A DNA stretch of 64,000 bases from Bacteroidota bacterium. Its GTDB lineage: Bacteria; Bacteroidota; Bacteroidia; Chitinophagales; UBA8649. Below the pieces are notes generated by a model that ran no database searches, had not been told where the DNA came from, and worked only from the letters and a program-made list of their open reading frames with translations. Where the stretch lies: contig PKDX01000026.1 of NCBI GenBank assembly GCA_002862745.1, positions 7,947 to 71,946 on the forward strand, in the 5' to 3' direction. The translations under genes were made by a program, and so were the position numbers. Of the stretch, positions 8,656-17,118 are shown piece after piece. Every line of letters starts with the position of its first letter. Within the stretch, counting starts at the first letter, position 1.

Positions 8656-10407
8656 ATGAAAAACTTATTCTCAACCCTTATGGCAAGCATTATGCTTTGT
8701 GCTGCTCTTCAGGCACAGACCTACAATGTGACCTTCCAAGTGGATATGAATACTCAGACGTCGGTACCGGATACCATTTCTGTGGCCGGTAGCTTCCAAG
8801 AGTTCACTTCGGTGGGGGCTGCATGGCAAGCCGGTGCAACGCAAATGACTGATGACAATATGGATGGAATCTATGAAGTAACCGTGGCAATGACAGGAGC
8901 TCCTGATACCATTCAATATAAATTTATCAATGGCCTTGCTTGGGGAAATAATGAGGGCATTTCAGGTCCTTGTGCGTATCCTGGTTCAGATAACCGATAT
9001 GCAGCGATTACTTCAGATACTACCTTGACGTATTGCTACAATACGTGCGACGCATTTTGTCCAACCATCGATACAGTCAATGTGACCTTCCGCGTCGATA
9101 TGAGCATGGAGCCAGTCGTCAATGCGCCAATTACAGTTGCAGGAAACTTCTTAAGCAGTGTAATTGATAGTAACTGGTCGGATTGGACGGGTGGACAGTT
9201 TAATTTGTCAAATACGTGTGGAGGTTTCTACGAGGGTACAGTACGTATGCTTTCAGGAACCTATCAGTTTAAGTTTCAAAATGGCATCGATGGATGGGAA
9301 GGATTTGCCAACAATAGAGCGTTAGTCGTGCCTGCAGGTGGTGGTGATGTTGTGTTAGATCGTGCACTGTTTAATAACGAAGATTCTACTGTAGTACTTT
9401 CTACTAATGTGACTTTCCAAGCTGATATGCGTCGCCAGTTTGTCGACCCATCACTAAGTGATCCTGATACGGTAATTGTGGCAGGTTCTTTTGGTAGCTC
9501 TGTTGTAGGAGGAAACTTCGGTGATTGGAATGATTGCGGCTACACCTTGTTAGAAGGAGCTACGGTAGATTCTATGTTTTCTGGCACCTACACCATTACA
9601 GAAGGAAACTATGAGTATAAGTACTTAAATGGCTGTGGAGGCTGGGAAAGCGTTGCTAATGCCTCTTTAGATCTTGATGGTTGTGTTACCGATACGGTGA
9701 TTACGCGATGCTTTAATCGCCTTACAGAAGACTGCGGTCCTATTTTAGCGCCAATTGATGTTACCTTCCGCGTTGATATGAGTGAGCAAATTGTGAATGC
9801 TAGTGGAGTCTATGTGGCCGGTACCTTCCAAAATCCTGCATGGATTAAGTATACACTGGGTATGGATGATAGTGATGCCAATAAGGTCTATGAGTACACA
9901 ACGACAGTGATCCCTGATCGCTATGCCTTCTTATTTTTTAACGGGGCCGATACAGCGAATACGGATATCTATGCTGAGGTACACAACTTTGAAATGTCAG
10001 GATGTGGAGAGCCTAACGGTATTGGAGGATACAATCGCGTAGCGGATTTATCTATGGCAACGGGTGATACGATTCTTCCCATATGGAAGTTTGAGTCTTG
10101 CGACTTAGGCGTAGGCGATACATCAACGACACCGCCACCTACACCCCCAACTGGCTTAGATAATCTTGACCTATCAACGGCAATTTATCCAAACCCTGCG
10201 GAGGTAAGCCTTACATTCCAGCTGGTAGATAACGGAATCCATCAGGTTTCTTTGATGAATGCTGTGGGGCAAGAGGTTCGCACTTTGACGTTAACTGATG
10301 GTCAAGGCACATTGGATGTATCGAACATACATTCCGGTGTCTACACTATCTTAATCGAAAATTTACATACTGGACGACGTGGAACGCGTTCAGTAATCAT
10401 TGAATAA
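8656..10407 (+). CDS. T9SS-secreted non-catalytic protein with four CBM48/CBM20-like repeats
   Basis: Signal ending LQA-Q; four VTF[QR][VA]DM...VAG[SNT]F...W...Y.[FY]..NG repeats; Pro/Thr linker; IYPNPA...G.Y type-A CTD. Confidence 0.8.
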   Translation: MKNLFSTLMASIMLCAALQAQTYNVTFQVDMNTQTSVPDTISVAGSFQEFTSVGAAWQAGATQMTDDNMDGIYEVTVAMTGAPDTIQYKFINGLAWGNNEGISGPCAYPGSDNRYAAITSDTTLTYCYNTCDAFCPTIDTVNVTFRVDMSMEPVVNAPITVAGNFLSSVIDSNWSDWTGGQFNLSNTCGGFYEGTVRMLSGTYQFKFQNGIDGWEGFANNRALVVPAGGGDVVLDRALFNNEDSTVVLSTNVTFQADMRRQFVDPSLSDPDTVIVAGSFGSSVVGGNFGDWNDCGYTLLEGATVDSMFSGTYTITEGNYEYKYLNGCGGWESVANASLDLDGCVTDTVITRCFNRLTEDCGPILAPIDVTFRVDMSEQIVNASGVYVAGTFQNPAWIKYTLGMDDSDANKVYEYTTTVIPDRYAFLFFNGADTANTDIYAEVHNFEMSGCGEPNGIGGYNRVADLSMATGDTILPIWKFESCDLGVGDTSTTPPPTPPTGLDNLDLSTAIYPNPAEVSLTFQLVDNGIHQVSLMNAVGQEVRTLTLTDGQGTLDVSNIHSGVYTILIENLHTGRRGTRSVIIE

Positions 10408-10423
10408 ATCAAACGATATCCGG

Positions 10424-13234
10424 ATGATAAAGTTGACCAACAGATTTACCGTATTTCTAGGATCACTGCTTATTGCAACAGGTGTGCAGGCTCAAGTGAC
10501 CGTTGATCCTGCCTTTCCTACCGCAGATGATAATGTAGTGATCACATTTGACGCAAGTGGTGGCAATGGAGCGCTCGCTGGCGTCTCGCCAATTTATGCG
10601 CATACAGGAGTAATTACGTCCAATAGTACAACAGGAAATGATTGGAAGTATGTCCAAGGAAATTGGGGGATTGATGATGCAAGCGTATTGATGAATTCCC
10701 AAGGAGGTGACCTCCATACGATAAGCTTTAACATCCGGAATTACTATGATATTCCAGCCAATGAGGAAGTACTCTCTATGGCTTTTGTATTTCGTAACGA
10801 AGAAGGTACTGTCGTTGGTAGGTCAACCGATGGTAGTGACATTTTTTACCCTGTATACACCGGCGGGTTTAATGTGAGCTTTACCGTTCCTTCCGATAAT
10901 CTGTTGATTTATGAGGAGGGAGATCCCATTGACTTTACGGTATCGGCATCTACGACTTGTGATTTAACTGTTTTCCATGACGGCAATCAGATTGCGAGTC
11001 AGACGGCGGAAAACTATACAGGTCAGGTAAGTGCCCTTCCTTCGGGAAATCATACCCTTATAGTCAATGCCTTTGATGGGAATGAAACGGTATCCGATAC
11101 GATTTACTATGCGGTTAATCCTAATGTCACACCACAGGATGTGCCAGGTTCTACAAAGTATGGTATAACTGATATCAATAACTCAACGATGCGGCTATAT
11201 CTCCATGCGCCTTTTCATGATAATGTATATGTCATTGGAAACTTTACCGATTGGAGAGCGGATGTTAACTACTTTATGACGCCGACGGTCGATGGAAGTG
11301 GATATTGGCTTGATGTACCCAACTTAGTACCTGGTCAGGAAATCCAGTTTCAGTACTTAGTTGATGGTTCATTTACCATTGCTGATCCCTATGCTGAAGT
11401 GGTGCTCGATCAAGGAAATGATGGATGGATTGAAGAGGAAAATTATCCCAATCTGCCCGTCTATCCTTTCGGACAGGCTTCGGGCTTTGTGACACAGCAT
11501 ATTTTTCAAGAACCCGATTTTCAGTGGCTTTTTCCAAACTTCGTCAAGCCTCCTGCGGACAACTTAGTGATTTACGAGTTGCTTGTGCGTGATTTTTCTG
11601 AAGAGCAGAGTTTTCAAGGGGTTTTAGACCGATTAGATTACTTGGAGCAGTTAGGAATTACAGCGCTTCAATTTATGCCTCCTCAAGAGTATGAAGGCAA
11701 TAACAGTTGGGGCTATAATCCCAGTTATCATGGGGCGTTGGATAAGTATTACGGCAGTCAAGAGATGTTTAAGACCTTGATTGATCAATGCCACGCACGC
11801 GGCATTGCGGTTATTGTTGACGTCGTATTCAATCACGGCTTTAGTCAAAACCCACTCTGTCAATTGTGGTGGAATGATTCACTACAGCGTCCTGCACCCA
11901 ATAATCCGTATTTCAACGTAACCGATCGTCACCCATTGAGTGTTGGGTTTGACTTTAACCATGAATCCTTGGAAACACAGCGTTATATGGATGATATCCT
12001 TAAGTTTTGGATTGAGGAATATCATATTGATGGATTTCGATTTGACCTCTCTAAAGGCTTTACTCAAAATAATTCACTTGGCGACATTGGGTTATGGGGT
12101 CAATATGATCAGTCTAGGGTCAACTTACTCAACCGAATGAAAAATGAAGTCTTGAGTTACGCACCCGATCACTACATGATTTTGGAACACCTTGGTAGTA
12201 ATGACGAGGAGATTGTGCTTGCGGATAATGGCTTTATGTTGTGGGGGAATTTAAATGACCAATATGGTGAAGCATCTATGGGCTATACAAGTAATATGTC
12301 TAATGGAGTGTATAATGCGCGTTCGTGGTCACAACCTCGACTTGTAACATATATGGAGTCTCATGACGAGGAGCGATTAATGTATAGAACACTTGTCTAT
12401 GGCAATAGCGGGGGTGGCTATGATTGTCGCGATTTAGGAACTGCGCTTGATCGTGTAGAAATGGTGGCCAATGCCTTTATCCCACTTCCCGGTCCTAAGA
12501 TGATTTGGCAGTTTGGCGAGTTAGGTTATGAGTTTTCAATCAATCGCTGCCTTGACGGAACCGTTCAAGAGGGATGTCGTTTGGTAGAGAAGCCCGTTCG
12601 TTGGGAATACCTTAGTGATCAGCGCCGCGTGGATGTCTACGAGACCTTCCGCAACTTAAACTACTTGAAAAAATCCTTTAGTGTTTTCCGCACGACCAAC
12701 TTTGATTATTCGCTCTGGCAACCAGTCAAGACAGTCAATTTATATGGCGACTTTGATGTAGCGGCGATTTCAAATACTGATGTGAGTGATAGGCTATGGC
12801 GTCCTAATTTTAGCCGCCTGGGTACATGGTATGAGTATTTCTCAGGTGACAGTGTGGAGGTTACAGATTACAATCAAGACGTATCGCTCGGCCCAGGAGA
12901 GTATAGACTGTATACGAGTCAAAAAATCGAGCGTTTAGGACCTGCGGATTTAAATACGACAACGGGTCTCCGTACAGATGATTACAAGGCCTCTTTGTGG
13001 TCTGTCTTCCCTAATCCCAGCAGTGGCTCGTTTCTCATTCAAGCCAATTCGTCAATTCCTGTTGAAGTCCTTCGAACGGACGTTTTCAATAGCTCAGGTC
13101 AGCGCATTGCAGTCGAAGTACACTCTATTTCAAATGGTGTAAGCCTTGACTTATCCGAATATCCTGATGGAATCTATTACCTACGCTGTTACACTACGAA
13201 TGGCGGGTCAACTACCGTCCTTCAGAAACAGTAG
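10424..13234 (+). CDS. T9SS-secreted modular GH13 alpha-amylase (N-terminal CBM98-like, Ig-like, CBM48, GH13, CTD)
   Basis: IYELLVRDF, WGYNPS, DGFRFDLSK, ILEH and ESHDEE catalytic motifs; HAP...VYVIGNFTDW CBM48; VFPNPS CTD. Start ATG 10424 gives a signal ending VQA-Q. Confidence 0.92.
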   Translation: MIKLTNRFTVFLGSLLIATGVQAQVTVDPAFPTADDNVVITFDASGGNGALAGVSPIYAHTGVITSNSTTGNDWKYVQGNWGIDDASVLMNSQGGDLHTISFNIRNYYDIPANEEVLSMAFVFRNEEGTVVGRSTDGSDIFYPVYTGGFNVSFTVPSDNLLIYEEGDPIDFTVSASTTCDLTVFHDGNQIASQTAENYTGQVSALPSGNHTLIVNAFDGNETVSDTIYYAVNPNVTPQDVPGSTKYGITDINNSTMRLYLHAPFHDNVYVIGNFTDWRADVNYFMTPTVDGSGYWLDVPNLVPGQEIQFQYLVDGSFTIADPYAEVVLDQGNDGWIEEENYPNLPVYPFGQASGFVTQHIFQEPDFQWLFPNFVKPPADNLVIYELLVRDFSEEQSFQGVLDRLDYLEQLGITALQFMPPQEYEGNNSWGYNPSYHGALDKYYGSQEMFKTLIDQCHARGIAVIVDVVFNHGFSQNPLCQLWWNDSLQRPAPNNPYFNVTDRHPLSVGFDFNHESLETQRYMDDILKFWIEEYHIDGFRFDLSKGFTQNNSLGDIGLWGQYDQSRVNLLNRMKNEVLSYAPDHYMILEHLGSNDEEIVLADNGFMLWGNLNDQYGEASMGYTSNMSNGVYNARSWSQPRLVTYMESHDEERLMYRTLVYGNSGGGYDCRDLGTALDRVEMVANAFIPLPGPKMIWQFGELGYEFSINRCLDGTVQEGCRLVEKPVRWEYLSDQRRVDVYETFRNLNYLKKSFSVFRTTNFDYSLWQPVKTVNLYGDFDVAAISNTDVSDRLWRPNFSRLGTWYEYFSGDSVEVTDYNQDVSLGPGEYRLYTSQKIERLGPADLNTTTGLRTDDYKASLWSVFPNPSSGSFLIQANSSIPVEVLRTDVFNSSGQRIAVEVHSISNGVSLDLSEYPDGIYYLRCYTTNGGSTTVLQKQ

Positions 13235-13255
13235 GAAGTAGAAGGTATATCAAAC

Positions 13256-13286
13256 AAAAAAGCCTAGCAAATTGCTAGGCTTTTTT
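13256..13286. terminator. Bidirectional intrinsic terminator
   Basis: AAAAAAGCCTAGCAA-A-TTGCTAGGCTTTTTT between convergent GH13 genes. Confidence 0.9.
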
Positions 13287-13289
13287 ATG

Positions 13290-14690
13290 CTAGTTGTTGG
13301 AGTAAATCAGGTAATCCCATGCCGCTAAGGATGTGATATCAGAAGTGGTATGTCGACTTGTTTCCAATGTCATATTGCTTACATCAATTAAGTCGCTATC
13401 CATTGGAATGGGTAGGTTAGACAGGTTAAATACGGCAAGAATACTATTGTCGCCTTTCGAACGCTCTAGGACAAGGACGCATCCTTTCTCAAGACGTGCT
13501 GTATAATTTCCACCGAAATCTCCGTTCCAAAGCGCCTCGTTGTCTTTTTTCAATGCGTTGAGTTCACGATAGAAGTCTCCCATTACTTCTTGACCGCTCC
13601 ATCCAATGTCATCCTTATCAAAGAAGGCTAATTGGTGGGCTAAGCTGTCTTCTTGTCCATTATAAATAAGTGGCATTGAAGAAGGCATAACATAGGTTAA
13701 GGCTGCCATGCTATGTGCAGCATCGCCCATTCTTTCCCAAACCGTTCCATTCCATGTATTCTCATCATGATTGGACGTGAAGTACATACGGTAGGGGGAT
13801 TTGCCATAGGTATTATCATTTTTTGTGAAATAGGCGAGTAGGTCATTAGCAGTCATATGCCCCTTGGCAATTTCGTTTAGGATATGGTGGTTTTCCCAGC
13901 CATAGGTCATATGAAAGGCATTATCGTGCATAATGACTTCATCAGCTTCAGCAAGAAGAAAGGCATCAGGTTTGATCGAACGTACTTCGCTGCTCATATC
14001 TTGCCAAAAGTCAATAGGCACCATACCTGCTACATCACAGCGATAACCATCAATGTCGAATTCTTTCACCCAATAGCGAAAGGCATCAAGCATCGAGTCG
14101 CGCATTTCTACATTATCATAATTCAGATCGGCTACATCAGCCCAATCCTCAACAGGAGGGATGCGCTCACCCGTTACACTATCTTTTGTATAAAAGGCAT
14201 CGTGTTGAGGATACCAAACGTTATCCCATGCGCTATGGTTGGCCACCCAGTCTAAGATGACCTTCATGCCGCGATTGTGTACTTCGTCGACAAAGGTTTG
14301 AAAGTCTGCGTCTGTGCCAAATTCGGGATTTACCGCCTTATAATCTTGTACGCTGTAATAGCTACCTAGGCTTCCTTTTCGTCGGTCTAGGCCAATAGGG
14401 TGAATGGGCATAACCCATAGGATATCAACCCCAAGGTCTTTGATACGATCGAGATCACTTGTTACCGCCGCAAAATCTCCAGCCGGAGAATACTGGCGAA
14501 CATTGATTTCATAGATAATGGCATCCTTTGACCATTCAGGGGGTGTCAGTTGGTTAAGTGATACAGGACTTCCTTCTTCGTCAGCGATGTTGATTCTTCG
14601 GCCTACGGCCTCAGATTCACAAGAGGTCAACGCCAAAAGCGTCAATGAAGAAAAGATTAATACAGAGAGAGGGTTTTTGATTAGTCGCAT
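13290..14690 (-). CDS. GH13 alpha-amylase family lipoprotein
   Basis: Lipobox ALTSC; IYEINVRQY, DWVANH, DGYRCDVA, LAEAD and SNHDEN motifs. Confidence 0.92.
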   Translation of the reverse strand: MRLIKNPLSVLIFSSLTLLALTSCESEAVGRRINIADEEGSPVSLNQLTPPEWSKDAIIYEINVRQYSPAGDFAAVTSDLDRIKDLGVDILWVMPIHPIGLDRRKGSLGSYYSVQDYKAVNPEFGTDADFQTFVDEVHNRGMKVILDWVANHSAWDNVWYPQHDAFYTKDSVTGERIPPVEDWADVADLNYDNVEMRDSMLDAFRYWVKEFDIDGYRCDVAGMVPIDFWQDMSSEVRSIKPDAFLLAEADEVIMHDNAFHMTYGWENHHILNEIAKGHMTANDLLAYFTKNDNTYGKSPYRMYFTSNHDENTWNGTVWERMGDAAHSMAALTYVMPSSMPLIYNGQEDSLAHQLAFFDKDDIGWSGQEVMGDFYRELNALKKDNEALWNGDFGGNYTARLEKGCVLVLERSKGDNSILAVFNLSNLPIPMDSDLIDVSNMTLETSRHTTSDITSLAAWDYLIYSNN

Positions 14691-17077
14691 ATTCTATAGG
14701 TTATATATTGAAATGAATAAGGTTCTAAGTCGATTATATCTGTTCTGGTTTGCTCATGCAGTCTATCGGTTACACAAGCCTCCTTACACGGTAGGGTAAA
14801 GATATGGGATGTGGCTGATTTATTGAGATAAATCCGTGTTATCTCATCGTTATAATGTCGTTCTGCAACGAGGTAATCTTTGCTGGTTTCAATAACTCTC
14901 CAGTCTCCGAAAATCAAGCTCATATGGTTGCTTCGGTAGATGTTTAGTTTTTGAACGACGTCATGCACTGCTTCTTCATGGCGATTCCATCCCTCAAAGT
15001 ACATCATACGACGATTATCCGGGTCATTGCCTCCGGGAATCCCAATCTCATCGCCATAAAACAAAATAGGTATACCGGGTATGGCATAGTTCCATGCATG
15101 GAGGAGCTTTAGCCGGGCGTATCCAATGGTGTCGGTTACTTGGATGTCTCGAGTCCAGCCGGCGAGTTTAGGATCCTCATTACGGTCAATATCTCCACTG
15201 GCAAGAGAGATAAAGCGTGTTAAATCATGGTTACCTGAAATATTACCCATGAGATGGTGAAAGCCATAATAGGTTAAGCTTTCATCGAGTGATTCCGCTA
15301 GGTTAATCAACGAACCGTCTTCGTAGGCAAAGCAGTTGACGGCATCGAAGTATAAATTAAAGTCAAATTGCGCATCGAGCCTTGAAGGTCGCACATAGCT
15401 TCCGATCAACTCACGTGTACCAAAGGTTTCCCCGATTTGGAAAGGCATTACTTGGTGCTTATCTCGGCTCTGCGAATACATTTTTTGCGTTAAATTCTCC
15501 CAAAAGGAATAGGGTATATGTTTCGTGGCATCATGTCGGAAGCCGTCCAAATCAAAGTTTTCCATCCAAAAGGCGGCGGAGTCTACTTGATTTTTTCGAA
15601 CCTCAGGATTCTCTAAGTCCAGTGTAGGTAAAAAGGGATCAAACCAAGTCGTTAGGCGCTGGGCATCCCAAATTCGAATGTTTGGTACGCTATCTTCGAG
15701 ATAAAACGGTGTTTTCCAATCAGGATGATTAACAATTAATGGATGTTCTTCATGCACGTGATTGGCTACAAAGTCAAGAATGACGCTGTGGTTGTTGGTG
15801 TGGGCATCTTCGATGAGTTCCGCAAAGATTTCATTGCTTCCAAATCGCTCATCCACTTTACTAGATGATTTGGGCCAATAGCCATGGTATCCTGAGTAAA
15901 AGCGCTTCGGTTCCATCCACTCTTGATACGCACCCCATGGATTTTGAGCAATGGGCGATATCCAAAGCCCATTGGTTCCAAGTTCATTGAAATATCCGTT
16001 GGCCATGGCAGCTTGGATACCCTCTAAATCCCCTCCGTAATAATTGGCTTTTGGATGGATTCTTTCATCCTCTACAGGGTGATCGTTTGCCGAGTTTCCA
16101 TTGTTAAATCGATCGACTAAGACGAAGTACAATCTCCAATTTTCATAGTCAGATCGCGTGAGTTTATCCTCGGGGCGAACAATAACTTGGCCGTAATGCA
16201 ACGGGATCACCACGTCTTGGCTAAGGCTACTGCCTTGTTGTGCAATCAGGGTGATGTACGATCGCTCAATGGATTTAGCGGCCTCAGGAATAGATAAGGT
16301 GTAGTCGTTGTTAAGTTCTTTATCCAGTAGGATTTCTCCGTTCCAAAGGGCGATACATCGGCTGAGCGGTTTGTCTACGATTACATTCACTTTGTAATCA
16401 TACCCTCTCCAAGATAAGGGGAAGGCCGTCTCAGCGGTTGATTCAACTGTCCAAACTGAGTTAAATCCTCCCATGCCGTTACCCGTTGAATCCTGATTAT
16501 TAGGATCGACAAACCAGATATCAGTCGATACAGAATAGCCATTATCAATGTCGGCAACCACTTGATAGGAATATCGGCCAGGGTTTAAGGTGTCGGTATA
16601 ATACCATATTCCGTCTCTTAACTCCATGGCTTGAGGGGTCCAATTGTTTACGTCTCCTGTAAGCCTAAGGTTAGTGTAGCCTTCTGATGCTGGCAAAGTA
16701 AGGGTTGCTATTTGCTTGCGAGGTCCTCTTACAATGCGCGAATTGGAGTAATTATCACTACTTGCTTGAATAGCATACAGTAGATCCAATTTCTCTGACG
16801 TTTTCACTACAAGATGCTCTCCTTTTTGCTCAAGAGAACATTCTATTCCATCAGGACAATCAACATCGGTAAAGGGAGCGTTAAAGCCAAAATCTATCGG
16901 CGAGAAAGAGGTCGATCCTAAATCAAGAGTCAGTATAGGATTTCGATGATAGGCGTGATGTAGCTGCTGTTTTTGGCTCGATTCTTCTGTTGATGAGAAA
17001 AAATCACAAGAAAGGAAGGTAGAGCACAAAATTCCCGCAGTAATCCACAGATTTCTTGGCAGAGTATAAGGCTTCAT
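14681..17077 (-). CDS. GH13 lipoprotein with CBM48-like module
   Basis: Lipobox FLSC; GDVNNW...GRYSY CBM48-like segment; VDRFNNG, GGDLEG, YHGYW, DGFRHDATKH, IGET and GNHD motifs. Overlaps the next gene by 10 bp. Confidence 0.92.
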   Translation of the reverse strand: MKPYTLPRNLWITAGILCSTFLSCDFFSSTEESSQKQQLHHAYHRNPILTLDLGSTSFSPIDFGFNAPFTDVDCPDGIECSLEQKGEHLVVKTSEKLDLLYAIQASSDNYSNSRIVRGPRKQIATLTLPASEGYTNLRLTGDVNNWTPQAMELRDGIWYYTDTLNPGRYSYQVVADIDNGYSVSTDIWFVDPNNQDSTGNGMGGFNSVWTVESTAETAFPLSWRGYDYKVNVIVDKPLSRCIALWNGEILLDKELNNDYTLSIPEAAKSIERSYITLIAQQGSSLSQDVVIPLHYGQVIVRPEDKLTRSDYENWRLYFVLVDRFNNGNSANDHPVEDERIHPKANYYGGDLEGIQAAMANGYFNELGTNGLWISPIAQNPWGAYQEWMEPKRFYSGYHGYWPKSSSKVDERFGSNEIFAELIEDAHTNNHSVILDFVANHVHEEHPLIVNHPDWKTPFYLEDSVPNIRIWDAQRLTTWFDPFLPTLDLENPEVRKNQVDSAAFWMENFDLDGFRHDATKHIPYSFWENLTQKMYSQSRDKHQVMPFQIGETFGTRELIGSYVRPSRLDAQFDFNLYFDAVNCFAYEDGSLINLAESLDESLTYYGFHHLMGNISGNHDLTRFISLASGDIDRNEDPKLAGWTRDIQVTDTIGYARLKLLHAWNYAIPGIPILFYGDEIGIPGGNDPDNRRMMYFEGWNRHEEAVHDVVQKLNIYRSNHMSLIFGDWRVIETSKDYLVAERHYNDEITRIYLNKSATSHIFTLPCKEACVTDRLHEQTRTDIIDLEPYSFQYITYRICD

Positions 17078-17092
17078 AACGATAAGATTCGG

Positions 17093-17113
17093 TATCTTGA
17101 TTCATCAAATCTA
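17093..17113. promoter_or_regulatory. Overlapping divergent Bacteroidota -7 promoter elements
   Basis: Minus strand TAGATTTG (17113-17106) is a perfect TAnnTTTG; plus strand TATCTTGA (17093-17100) is a variant. The spacer is only 41 bp. Confidence 0.5.
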
Positions 17114-17118
17114 AACAA

